NCBI GenBank assembly: GCA_038087875.1
Contig: CM075993.1
Span: 3,908,001 to 3,972,000 of the forward strand
Direction of reading: 5' to 3'
Source: Malacoraja senta
Taxonomy: Eukaryota
DNA length: 64,000 nucleotides
The notes under the pieces were generated by a model that saw nothing but the letters and a program-made list of their open reading frames with translations, was not told the DNA's origin and made no database searches. Each line of letters starts with the position of its first letter. The stretch's first letter is position 1. Of the stretch, positions 27,175 to 40,065 are shown one piece after another. Both the position numbers and the translations under genes were made by a program.

Positions 27175-30100
27175 CTGGTGCGGAGATAGAAGCATAGAAA
27201 CATGGAATATAGGCGCAGGAGGAAGCCATTCGGCCCTTCGAGCCATATGATCGTGGCTGATCATCCAGAATCAGTACCCCGTTCCTGCTTTCTCCCCGCA
27301 TCCCTTGATTCCGTTAGAGAATTCCGTAAAGGGAAAGTCTGCATGTCAAGAAGCTGATTCAACAACACATCAGCAACTGGTATCATCACAAGAACCTGGA
27401 ACACACAACTGTACGGTGCAGGGACAGGGCTTTTTGTACACAGTGCAGTGCCGAATGCGATGCCGTTATACTAATTTCTTCTGCCTTCACCTGATCCGTA
27501 TCCCTCCATTCCTTGCATATCCCTGTGCTAAATAAAAGCCTGTTAAAGGCTCCTATTGTATCTGCCTCCACCACCATCCCTGGCGCATGTTCCACACACC
27601 CACCACTCTCTGCGTAGAAAGACGTGTCCTGCACATCCCCTTTAAACATTGCCCCCCCCCCTCACATTAAACCTAAGACTTGAAGGGCTGAATGGCCTAA
27701 TTCTGCTCCTATTACAATAGCCAAAAGACAATAGGTGCAGGAGTAGGCCATTTGGCCCTTCGAGCCAGCACCGCCATTCAATGTGATCATGGCTGATGAC
27801 CTTATGACCTAAGTCTACCTCGCCATTCAATCATGGCTGATCTATCTCTCCCGCCTAACCCCATTCTCCTGCCTTCTCCCCATAACCTCTGACACCCGTA
27901 CTAATCAAGAATCTGTCTATCTCTGCCTTAAAAATATCCATTGACTTGGCCTCCACAACCTTCTGTGGCAAAGAATTCCACAGATTCACCACCCTCTGCC
28001 TAAAGAAATTCCTCCTCATCTCCTTCTTAAAGGAACGTCCTTTAATTCTGAGGCTGTGACATCTAGCCCTATGAGGAAACATCCACTGGGCCTTGTGTAA
28101 TGAGGGCAGCAGCCTTTTGGATGACCCTTGAGATTATGTTCGTTACTTAAAAGTAATGTTACAAGTAGTGCTAATGCACTTTTTGGCAGATCGAACCAAC
28201 TAACGAAAGGATTAAAAGGGAATTCTTTGGTTTCAGTTGGTGGGAACCCATAGAGAAATTTTTGTCTCATAAATGTTAACTAAGTGTACAAAAGGAAAAG
28301 GCAAAGAAACGGAACAATGCACAGATATTGCATTAGATTTCCATTTGTTGCCAAATTGCTCCGAACACTATTCTAAGATTAAATAAACAAATTACACATT
28401 TGCATGAAATTATGTAAAGGGCGGAGGTGGTGCAGCGGTAGAGTTGGTGCCTTAAAATGCTGGAGGATCGAACCTGGGTCTCCGCTGCTGTAAGTGGAGG
28501 TGTTCAGCAAAACGGTATTATACTATAACAGCATATAATCCTCCAACATTTTCGCCACCTCCAACATAATCCCACTACTGGCCATATCTTCCCATCTCCA
28601 CCCCTTTCTGCTGTCCGCAGAGGCCGTTCCCTCCCAAACTCCCTGGTCACCCCGTCCCTCCCCACCCAAACCACCCCCTCCCCCGGGTACGTCCCCCTGC
28701 AACCGCAGGAGATGCAACACCTGTCCCTTGACTCCATCCAAGGACCAAAACAGTCTTTCCAGGTGAGGCCGAGGTTCACTTGCACCTCCTCCAATCTCAT
28801 CTACTGCATCCGCTGTTCCAGGTGGCAAACTTCTCTACATTGGCGAGACCAAGCGCAGGCTCGGCGATCTTTTCGCTGAACACCTCCGCTCAGTCCTGAT
28901 TTCCTGGCTGCTCAGCACTTCAACTCCCCCTCCCATTCCCAATCGTCCATTGTCAGAGTGAGGCCAAGTGCAATTTGGAGGAACGGCACCTCATATTTTG
29001 CTTGGGTAGCTTACACCCCAGCAGTATGAACATTGACTTCTCTAACTTCAAATAGCCCTTGCTGTCCCTCTCTATCCCCCTCCTCCTTCCCAGTTCTCCC
29101 ACCAGTCTTACTGTCTCCGACTACATTCTATCTTTGTCCCGCCCACTCCCCTGCCATCAGTCTGAAGAACGGTCTCGTCCCGAAACGTCACCCATTCCTT
29201 CTCTCCAGAGATGCTGCCTGTCCCGCTTAGTTACTCCAGCATTTTGTGTCTTCCCTTATCATGTATCATCTATACACTGCACACGTCTCGATCGTAATCA
29301 TGTATTGTCCTTCCTCTGAGTGGATAGCACGCAACAAAAGCTTTTCATTATACCTCAGTACATGTGCCATCATTTTACAGATGACTAAAAGCTGACTGAT
29401 TGCTCGGGAATTAGTCGGATTAGATTGATCCTGTTTTTTTTGTGAACAGGTCAATAATCCTGGGCAATGTTTTTCATTGTCAGATAGATTGTTAAGTTGC
29501 CATTCTACTGACAGAGCTTGGGTAGGGTTCTAGCTAATTCGTTAGTATATCTGGGACTAATCTGGTCATATTGTCTTTGCCATTTCCGGTGCTATCCGTC
29601 ATTTTCTGATATCGCAAAGAGCGGAAAAGGTTGGCTGAAGACTTGGCTTCTGTAATGGTAGGAATCTCAGGAAAGGGCCACGTTAATAGACAATAGGTGC
29701 AGAAGTAGGCCATTCGGCCCTTCGAGCCAGCACCGTCATTCAATGTGATCATGGCTGATCATCCCCAATCAGTACCCCGTTCCTGCCTTCTCCCCATATC
29801 CACTGACTCCGCTATCTTTAAGAGCCCTATCAAGCTCTCTCTTGAAAGTATCCAGAGAACCGGCCTCCACCGCCCTCTGAGGCAGAGAATTCCACAGACT
29901 CACAACTCTGTGTGTGAAAAAGATGAACCTACTGCTTGGCACATCTGGGCTGAATGTGCATATGTGTGCTTGCGTGACACTGGGTTCTTCAGCTAATGAA
30001 TCTGCTTTCGCTGCCATCATTGCACGAACCTGGCTGCATAGTTCAGATTTAGAAAAGAGATACACTCCCTTTGAATCTTCCTGTGGAATCTTCCATCAGT

Positions 30101-33100
30101 TTTATTTATTTATTATGTTCTATTTATCAGTAGTTATTTACGTAGTTTTATCAGTAGTTCCAGCTACACACTAAAGGTCAGCACTGCAATTTAATTAAAT
30201 CAAAGTTGTTTCAGACCTATGAAATAACTGAAAACGTGTATGCTATTGCTCAAGCTATAGGTGAGGTTTTACTACATATGATGTCTCAGTTTAGCAAACA
30301 ACCTGGTTATCGAAACAAGTTTTATATTTATGAATCAACAGGTAAATATTTAAAAATATATGAGACATTAAAATGCAATAAAAAATTTAGCGTCACGGAA
30401 TCATACAGTACGGAAACAGACCGTTCGGCCCAACTCATCCATGTCGACCAAGATGTCCCATCTAAGATAGTCCCGTTGGCCCGCATTTACTGTATATGTC
30501 ACCCCTAAATCTTTCCTATCCATGCATCTTCCCACTTGTCTATTACATGTGGTCATTGTTCCTGCCTCAACTGCATCAGCTTTCAAGTGGGGTGGCGCGG
30601 GATTACTGCAGCGGCCCCTACAGCCTGTCTGTCTTTATTTGTATTTTTGTCTAGTTAAATGTAGTTGTTTGTGGGGTTTTTTTGTACTGTTTTATTTGTG
30701 TATATGTGGGAGGCGGGAGGGGGAAACTTTAAAAACCTTTTCCCTGTCGGGTCTCCGTTTTTGTTGGGGCCTAGCTCCGTGGAGCGGCCTCCAACCGGGA
30801 CGACCTGGGGGCTCCAGTCGCGGAGCCTGCGGACTCACCATCGTGGGGCTGGCCGGCCTTCGGAGCGTGGGGAGCGGTGGTGGCTCGTCGCTGCTCACTT
30901 CGGAGCTCGGAGGCTCCAGCTGCAGACCGGTGGACTGGGACATCGGGAGCTCGCGGTTGAACAGAGGGATCTAGGAATAACTGTGCATAGTTCCCTGAAG
31001 GTGGAATCTCATGTAGATAGGGTGGTAAAGAAAGCTTTTGGTGTGCTGGCCTTTATAACTCAGAGCATTGAATATAGAAGTTGGGATGTAATGTTAAAAT
31101 TGTACAAGGCATTGGTGAGGCCAATTCTGGAGTATGGAGTACAATTTTGGTCGCCTAATTATAGGAAGGATGTCAACAAAATAGAGAGAGTACAGAGGAG
31201 ATTTACTAGAATGTTGCCTGGGTTTCAGCAACTAAGTTACAGAGAAAGGTACACAAAAATGCTGGAGAAACTCAGCGGGTGCAGCAGCATCTATGGAGCG
31301 AAGGAAATAGGCAACGTTTCGGGCCGAAACCCTTCTTCGGGCTGAAAGTTACAGAGAAAGGTTGAACAAGTTAGGTCTTTATTCTTTGGAGCGCAAAAGG
31401 TTAAGAGGGGACTTGATAGAGGTCTTTAAAATTATGAGCGGGTTAGACAGAGTGGACGTGGATAAGCTTTTCCCATTGAGAGTAGGGAAGATTCAAACAA
31501 GGGGACATGACTTGAGAATTAAGGGACAGAAGTTTAGGGGGAACATTAGGGGGAACTTCTTTACTCAGAGAGTGGCAGCTGTGTGGAATGAGCTTCCAGT
31601 GGAAGTGGTGGAGGTAGGTTCGATGTTATCCTTTAAAAATAGATTGGAAAATTTTAAAAATGTTCGGCACAGACTTGAAGGGCCGAGATGGCCTGTTTCC
31701 GTGCTGTTATGGTTATATGGGTCCGGGTGAGAGACCGCTTTCCGGAGCTCCCGCAACGCAACTTCTCCCGCCCGTGTCGCGGGGTTGAAACCACCCGGAG
31801 CGGGGCCGTGCATCACCCGGCGTGGCTTTAATGGCCGCGGGACATTCCAGCGCCCGCCGGGGGCTCCAACTTTGTGATTTTTTGGACTGGAGCGGGGCCG
31901 TACATCGCCCGGCGCGGCCTCAACGGCCGTGGGACCCGCCATTGCCCGCCTGGGGCTTCAACATTGGGAGAGAAATGGTGCAGGGGAGAGAAAAGACTTT
32001 GCCTTCCATCACAGTGAGGAGGAGATTCACTGTGATGGATGTTTTTCTGTAAATTGAATTGTTTGTGTGTCGTGTAGGAATTGTTTTGTTTGTATGGCTG
32101 TGGAAACGGAGTTTCATTTGAGCCTCTCTGAGGTTCAAATGACAAGTAATAAAATCTAATCTAATCTAATCTAATCTAATCTAATCAGCTGGCAGTTCAT
32201 TCCATATATCCTGAGTGAAACAGTTGCCTCTCAAGTTCCTACTAAATCTTTCCCCTCTCACCTTAAGCCCATGTCCTCTGGATCTTGATTTCCCTCCTCT
32301 CGGTAAAAGACTGTGCATTTACCTTATCTCTTCCCCTCTTGATATTACACACTTCTGTAAGATTACCACTTGTGGGCCTGTCCCACTTATGCGGTTTTTT
32401 TTTTGGCGACTTGCCGGCACCTGTCATAGTCGCAGCAGGTGGCCGAAAATTTTCAACCTGTTGAAAATCCAGCGGCAACCAGAAAAAGGTACGACTCTTT
32501 GGGCGACTACCACAGGCGTCACCCGTGACAGCAAAGCTGGTCCCTACATTCAGGCACGCTGCTGTGACTAATGCACGAGCAATTTGTGTTCACTAAAGTC
32601 ACAAGTTCACAAGTTAATCCCATTTTCCTGCCTACTCCCCATAACCCTTGACACCCGTTCTAATCAAGAATTTGTCTATCTCTGCCTTAAAAGTCTGAAG
32701 CTCATTTAAGGTGAAGGGGAAAGATTTAATCGGAATCAGAGGGGTAACCTTTTCCCACAAAGGGTGGTGGGTGTATGGAACAAGCTGCCAGAGGAGGTGG
32801 TTGAGGCAGGGACTATCTCAACGTTTAAGAAACAGTTTAGACAGGTACATGGATAGGACAGGTTTGGAGGGGTATGGGCCAAACGCGGGCAGGTGGGACG
32901 TGTAGCTGGGACATGTTGGCCGGTGTGGGCAAGTTGGGCCGAAGGGCCTGTTTCCACGCGATATCACTCTGTGACATTCAGATCTGAGCTGGCAGATGAA
33001 AGAATTTGCGAAAACGAAGGTGAACAAGCCAGTGTTTTTTTATGTTTGCCAGGTGTTGAGTTTCAGGGAGTGTGAGGAGAATTGAAGGCCATTTATGAAG

Positions 33101-36100
33101 GCTATTGGGAAACTGCTGTAAATGATATGGCTTTATTGAGGTGCTTCAAACCAAGCTCATTGTTTCATATTTTCTGTCCTCAGACTTCCTTCTTCCTGGT
33201 AGTCTAATTACTCAGCCAGAAGTGATTACACAGAAGCTGCCAAAGAATAATAGAATAGCAAGCTCCTTGCTTTAGACGCATTTGGATTGAAATTCTATGT
33301 GTGAATGTTGTCTGGAAATGAAATCACTGAAAGTTATCAAGGTTTTAAGGAAGGTAGACAAAAATGCTGGAGAAACTCAACGGGTGAGGCAGCATCTATG
33401 GAGTGAAGAAATAGGTGACGTTTCGGGTCGAGACCCTTCTTCACAAGGTCATAAGGACATAAGTGATAGGAGCAGAATCAAGCCATTCGGCCCATCAAGT
33501 CTACTCCACCTTTCAATCATGGCTGATCTATCTCTCCCTCCTAACCCCATTCTCCTGCCTTCTCCCCATAACCCCTGACACCCGTACTAATCAAGTTATA
33601 CCTTGAAGAAGGGTTTCGGCCCGAAACGTTGCCTATTTCCTTCGCTCTATAGATGCTGCTGCACCCGCTGAGTCTACCCTCACCAAGTTATATGTGTAGC
33701 ATCACAATCTGCAGCCCTGAGTCGATGAACACACTCACACTATAACAACAGACAATTGACAATGTTCACACCAAAACACTCACTCACAGTGGCCTGTACA
33801 AACTGCAGATACAACTACGACTTTGCAAACACATTTGGACAGATATATTGATAGGAAGAGTTTAGAAGGCTATGAGCCAAATGCAGACAAATTGGGCTAG
33901 CCCAGAATGCCAACGGTCGGCATGGACAAGGTGGGCTGAAGCGTCTGTTTCCGTGCTGTATAGCTCTATGACTCTATGAAATTCTAGTGGGTCCTAAAAT
34001 AATTCACGTTATAGGGATAGAATTAGGCCATTCGGCCCATCGAGTCTACTCCGCCATTCAATCATGGCTGATCGCTGCCACCTAATCCCATTCTCCTGCC
34101 TTCTCCCCATAACCCTCGACAGCTGTTCTAATCAAGAACTTGTCTATCTCTGCCTTAAAATATATCCACTGCCTTGGCCTCCACAGCTCTCTGTGGCAAT
34201 GAGTTCCACATATTAACCACAGGAATTCGGAAGCTGTTCCAAGCAGATGAAACCTGACGTTTTAGCCATATCAAACCTCAACAAAGTTGACTGAAAGTAA
34301 GCATGCAGGTACAGCAGGCAGGCAGGGAAGAAAGCTAATGGCCTGTTGGCCATCATAACGAGAGGAGTTGAGTATAGGAGCAAAAAGGTTCTTCTGCAGT
34401 TGTACAGGGCCCTGGTGAGACCACACCTGGAGTATTATGTGCAGTTTTGGTCTCGTAATTTGAGGAAGGACATCCTTGCCATTGAGGGAGTGCAGCGTAG
34501 GTTCACAAGGTTAATTCCCGGGATGGTGGGACTGTCATATGATGAAAGAATGGAGCGACTGGGCTTGTATTCACTGGAATTTAGAAGGATGAGAGGGTAT
34601 CGTATCGAAACATATAAAATTATTAAGGGATTGGACAGGCTAGAGGCAGGAAACATGTTCCTGATGTTGGGGGGGGTTCCAGAACCAGGGGTCACAGGTT
34701 AAGAATAAGGGATGGGCCATTTAGAACTGAGATGAGGAAAACAATTTCACCCAGAGGGTTGTGAATTTGTGGAATTCTCTGCCTCATAAGGCAGTGGAGA
34801 CCAATTCACTGGATGCATTCAAAAGAGAGGTAGATTGAGCTCTTAGGGCTAACGGAATCAAGAGATATGGGGAGCAGGCAGGAACGGGGTACTGATTGTG
34901 GATGATCAGCCATGATCACATTGAATGGCGGTGCTGGCTCCAAGGGCCGAATGGCCTACTCCTGCACCTATTGTCTATGTATCTATGTATGACTACAAAG
35001 TTGACTTCAGATTCTGTGCGTCTGTGCCGCCAACTGCTTTAACTGATGTTAAGAGTCAAAGTTAAGCAACCGTGGGCAAGGGGCAAGTAGCAGAACTTAC
35101 GTGTTGCAGTATCGGAACATGCCGCGGATATCCACCTCCCGGATGGCGGCGTTTAGAAGAGGCACACTCACTAAATCTGGGCCGTGTCCGACCAGGAGCA
35201 CAGTCCCTCCGGATTGAGTCGACTGGAAACGAGAAAAATCACATCTTAAGGGCCTGTCCCACTTGGGCGTTATTTATCACGACATCATTTACGTGACGCG
35301 CAAATGACGCCCAAGTGGGACATTCAGACAGATAAAATACGTTAAATTTGAACTCATTCAGCCAAACGGCGGCAAAAGAGCCAATTTTAATCATCGTGTT
35401 TAAGAAGGAACTGCAGATGCTGGAAAACCGAAGGTAGACAAAAGTGCTGGAGAAACTCAGCGGGTGAGGCTGCATTTATGGAGCGAAGGAAATAGGCAAC
35501 GTTTCGGGCCGAAACCCTTCTTCAGTCTGAACAAGGGTTTCGGCCCGAAACGTTGCCTATTTCCTTCGCTCCATAGATGCTGCTGTACCCGCTGAGTTTC
35601 TCCAGCACTTTTGTCTACCTCCGATTTTAATCATTATTTGGAGAATCCCCAGCCACACACCAACCTATCCTGGAGCCCAGTACCTTATCTACGAAAGAAG
35701 TGATCTATGGTTGCAGTGGACTGGGTAGGCCGAAGGGTCGGTTTCCAAGCTGTATCTCGAAACTGCAGTGGTAAAAGGGCAACTGAAATATAGTCTGATG
35801 AAGGTTCAAGACACGAAACGTTACCTATCCATTTTCCCCAGATGCTGCTTGACCCGCTGAGTTGCTCCAACATTTTGTGTCTATCTTTGGTATAAACCAG
35901 CATCTGCAGTTCCTTTTAATTACAGCGCAAATAAAATTTTCAGTGGAATCAATGCTGATTTATGCGAGGAGAAGCCTTATTCATCAAAACTGCTAAGAGT
36001 GTCTTCAGCTTGTGTCAATTGAAATATAAGATAGACACAAAAAGCTGGAGTAACTCAGGCAGCATCTCTGGAGAGAAGGAATAGGTGACGTTTCGGGTCG

Positions 36101-38076
36101 GGACCTCCCTCACCCTGACTCTCAGTCTGAAGAAGGGTCTCGACCTGAAACGTCACCCATTCCTTCTCTCCAGAGATACTGCCAGTCCCGGTGAGTTACT
36201 CCTGCATTTTGTGTCTATCTTCGGTGTAAACCAGCATCTGCAGTTCATTCCTACATGGAACATCCTGTAACCTTCTTATCAACAATACTGTACTTATAAT
36301 AATACTGTAATGAAATTAGTTTAATTTAATCTGCAGTTGTACAGGGCCCTAGTGAGACCACACCTGGAGTATTGGGTGCAGTTTTGGTCCCCTAATTTGA
36401 GGAAGGACATTCTTGCTATTGAGGGAGTGCAGCGTAGGTTTACAAGGTTAATTCCCGGGATGGCGGGACTGTCATATGCTGAGAGAATGGAGCGGCTGGG
36501 CTTGTACACTCTGGAGTTTAGAAGGATGAGAGGGTATCTCATTGAAACATATAAGATTGTTAAGGGCTTGGACACGCTAGAGGCAGGAAACATGTTCCTG
36601 ATGTTGGGGGAGACCAGAACCAGGGGCCACACAGTTTAAGAATAAGGGGTAAGCCATTTAGAACGGAGACGAGGAAACACTTTTTCTCACCGAGAGTGGT
36701 GAGTCTGTGGAATTCTCTGCCTCAGTGGGCGGTGGAGGCCAGTTCTCTGGATGTTTTCAAGAGAGAGCTAGATAGGGCTCTTAAAAATCGTGGAGTCAGG
36801 GGATATGGGGAGAAGGCAGGCACGGGGTACTGATTGGGGGTGATCAGCCATGATCACATTGAATGGCGGTGCTGGCTCGAAGGGCCGAGTGGCCTACTCC
36901 TGCACCTATTGTCTATTGTCTATAATGGAAATTTAGTCTAATAGGCTTATACCAGACTTCACCCTGTACACAAGCCTTGGTACACTGTAGTCCTCTACAT
37001 TCAACCACATCAATGTCTTTCTAATTCTTTCTCTTTCTCACTTAAACATATCCATGCTATTCTCTAGAAGTAGAGAGAACCCCTTTCTAATTGCTAAATG
37101 GTAAAGAAGATTCCTAGATTTGGAAATTTGTTCCTGAATCTTTCCCAGTTTCAATCAGATCCCGAAGCAGAATTCCTTCACTTGAGACAACACCTCTGTC
37201 TTATCAATCTTCTATTATTTCCTTCCTTTTCACCACCTGTATTATTAATTTCGGGTCGAAACCCTTCTTGAGACTGCGAGTCAGGGGGGGGGGGGGAGGG
37301 AAACTGAGATCCAGGCCCAAAGCCTCCGAACACTGATCTATGTTGGTAGACAAAAATGCTGGAGAAACTCAGCGGGTGCGGCAGCATCTATGGAGCGAAG
37401 GAAATAGGCAACGTTTCGGGCCGAAACCCTGAAGGAAATAGGCAACGTTTCGGGCCGAAACCCTGAAAGAAATAGGCAACGTTTCGGGCCGAAACCCTGA
37501 AGGAAATAGGCAACGTTTCGGGCCGAAACCCTGAAGGAAATAGGCAACGTTTCGGGACGAAACCCTGAAAGAAATAGGCAACGTTTCGGGCCGAAACCCT
37601 GAAGGAAATAGGCAACGTTTCGGGCCGAAACCCTGAAGGAAATAGGCTACGTTTCGGGCCGAAACCCTGAAGGAAATAGGCAACGTTTCGGGACCCAGCA
37701 TTTTTGTCCACCTTCGATTTTCCAGCATCTGCAGTTCCTTCTTAAACACAGGTACATGGATATGACAGGTTTTCGAGGGATATTGGCCAAATGCAGGCAG
37801 GTGGGACTAGTGTAGATGGGACACATTGGCCGGTGTGGGTGTTGGGCCGAAGGGCCTGTTTCCATGCTGTAACACTCTATGACTCTGAGCTGGTACTCAC
37901 GTAGATGGCAGCCTGGACACAGAACTCTGCCCCAGTGCACTCGATGGTGGTGAATGGCATTGAACCAAGAGCCGCCTGCACTTTCTGGGCCAGGTCCTGA
38001 GGTGTCTCCTTCTCCACCTTGATGGTAAAATCAGCCCCCACCTCCTTCGCCTTGGCCAGTCGGGCACTTGATAAAT
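27027..38076 (-). CDS. sord: Sorbitol dehydrogenase, 3' part of gene (three last coding exons); exons upstream of these were not found in the window
   Basis: Three GT-AG exons on the minus strand splice in frame into the SORD C-terminal third (ECTGA, SGG.V.LVG, REVDI.G.FRYCN, MLASK, PLITH.FPL, KVMLKCD). None is in the ORF track. Confidence 0.95.
28525..29250 (+). mobile_element. Penelope-like element 3' fragment: Cys-rich linker, GIY-YIG endonuclease, 3' terminal repeat with hammerhead motif
   Basis: [11 protein letters not shown]...[16 protein letters not shown]...[18 protein letters not shown] (with frameshifts); ctgaagaacggtctcgtcccgaaacgtc at 29162-29189 on the same strand. Confidence 0.85.
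30961..31720 (+). mobile_element. CR1 LINE 3' fragment (third subfamily) with a Penelope-derived insert
   Basis: [24 protein letters not shown]...[13 protein letters not shown]; insert 31251-31345 flanked by aagttacagagaaaggt. Confidence 0.85.
35101..35222 (-). CDS. sord: SORD exon (122 bp, equivalent to exon 8): [40 protein letters not shown](T)
   Basis: Minus strand tttttctcgtttccag|TCG...AAC AC|gtaagt. Confidence 0.95.
35395..35623. mobile_element. Fold-back Penelope-derived element with head-to-head hammerhead motifs
   Basis: About 95-bp inverted arms centred near 35526; flanked by attttaatcat (35384-35394, 35624-35634). Confidence 0.75.
37397..37692. repeat. 34-bp minisatellite (8 full units plus 1 partial) inside a Penelope-derived fold-back element
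   Basis: Unit gaaggaaataggcaacgtttcgggccgaaaccct; no spacers. Confidence 0.92.
37901..38076 (-). CDS. sord: SORD exon (176 bp, equivalent to mammalian exon 7): (D)[58 protein letters not shown]
   Basis: Minus strand ttttcttag|AT TTA...ATC TAC|gtgagt. Confidence 0.95.
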
Positions 38077-38307
38077 CTAAGAAAAGAAATTAGAAGGATG
38101 AGAGGGTATCTCATTGAAACATATAAGATTGTTAAGTGCTTGGACACGTTAGGGGCAGGAAACATGTTCCCCATGTTGGGGGAGTCCAGAACCAGGGGCC
38201 ACAGTTTAAGAATAAGGAGTAAGCCATTTAGAACGGAGACGAGGAAACACTTTTTCTCACAGAGAGTGGCGAGTCTGTGGCTCAGAGGGCGGTGGAGGCA
38301 GGTTCTC

Positions 38308-38507
38308 NNNNNNNNNNNNNNNNNNNNNNNNNNNNNNNNNNNNNNNNNNNNNNNNNNNNNNNNNNNNNNNNNNNNNNNNNNNNNNNNNNNNNNNNNNNNN
38401 NNNNNNNNNNNNNNNNNNNNNNNNNNNNNNNNNNNNNNNNNNNNNNNNNNNNNNNNNNNNNNNNNNNNNNNNNNNNNNNNNNNNNNNNNNNNNNNNNNNN
38501 NNNNNNN
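38308..38507. other. Assembly gap (200 N)
   Basis: Run of N. Confidence 1.
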
Positions 38508-39429
38508 CGGCCAGAAACTGATCTACTTGCAAATTTCCACCTAGAAATCCGGTGTAGGAAGGAACTGCAGATGCTGGTGTAAACCGAAGATAGACGTAAA
38601 GTGCTGGAGTAACTCTGCGGAGACAGGCAGCATCTCTGGAGAGAAGGAGTGGGTGACGTTTCGGGTCAAGACCCTTCTTCAGACCTTCTGATCTTCAGAT
38701 CGTCAGATCTTCTGAACAAGGGTCTCGAGCCAAATTATGTGTTCAGTGAAAGGAATTGAGCGGAGTTCACTCTCTGCTTACGAGACGTGCAGGGCAGGAA
38801 AAGCTGACACTTCCCCCACAGTCCCAACAGTGCCTGGATGTACCTCTGAGCCCCTGTTCCCCAAGTATCGACATTTCATAGTTATACAGTCATAGAGCAC
38901 AGAAGGAGGTCATTTTACCCACTTCGTCCATGTCAACCAGGTTTCATATCGGAACTATTCCCAACTGAACTGGTCCCGTTTCCCTGCATTTGGCCCATAA
39001 CTGAACGAAAGAATAACGAAAGACTAACTGACGCTAAAGATTTCCCTCCACACCTTTCCTCATCATGTATTTGCCTAAATGCCTTTAAAATGTTGCCACA
39101 AACCCAGCTTCTGCAGCTTCCTTTGGTTGCCTGGTCCATTTGCTCAATACCTTCATCATGAAGAAATTGCCCCTTGGATCAGTTATATATCCTTCCCCTT
39201 TCTCCGTAAACCTATGCCCTCTAGTACTGGACTCGCCTACTCCTTATCGATGCATCTCATGATTCTGTATACCTCTGTAAGGTCACCCCTCAGCCTCTTA
39301 CACTCCAGTAAGAAAGAGAGTGAGTCTATCCAGCTACTCCTTACAAGGCTTCCTGTTAGCATCTTGGCGAATCTCTTCTGCCCCATTTTCAGTTTAAGAC
39401 ATCCTTCCAAGAGCAGTAAACTGCTGTCA

Positions 39430-40065
39430 ATTTTTTAAACTGTTTTAAAACATCTCCAGTATTTAAAAATTAATCAAGATTCCATAAATGATTAGAAATA
39501 TTTATAAAACATACTTTGCGAAATACAAATGTAAAATATTAAAAATGATTAAAAATATTAGAAATTACATCTAATTAAAAGTATTATAAAATAATAGTTA
39601 TATAATATTTAATTTTGTATAATTAGAAATATTTAAAAATCAAATCAATTAAAAAAAAATCTAAGATTTGTAGAATACTAATAAATATTTAAAATATTTA
39701 ATTTAATATTAACGTTATTTTTTTAATATTCCAAATCATTTAAAATATTTCAGTTCAGTATTTTATGTGATTATAAATATTGAAAAATTAATTTAATTAA
39801 AAGAATTTGAAAATACAAACAAATATAAAATATTTATATTTTTATAATTAGAAATATTAGAAAATGAATGCAATTAAAATAATTGTAAAATAACAAACAT
39901 AGTATTTACGTTTTTATATAATTAGAAATGTAAAAAATAAAAATTAAATGAATTATAAACCACTAACTAATATAGAATATTTAAATATTTTAAATGATTT
40001 GAAATATTAAAAAAATTAAAATTAAAAGAATTGTAAAATACTAACAAATAATATTTCAATAAAGT
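39430..40065. repeat. Extremely AT-rich degenerate repeat tract
   Basis: Recurrent aattagaaatatt and taaaatattt motifs; internal inverted repeat. Confidence 0.8.

Noticed and set aside
37397..37692. CRISPR-like array of 34-bp repeats
   Set aside because: No spacers, no cas genes, vertebrate context; the unit is a piece of the Penelope-derived repeat.
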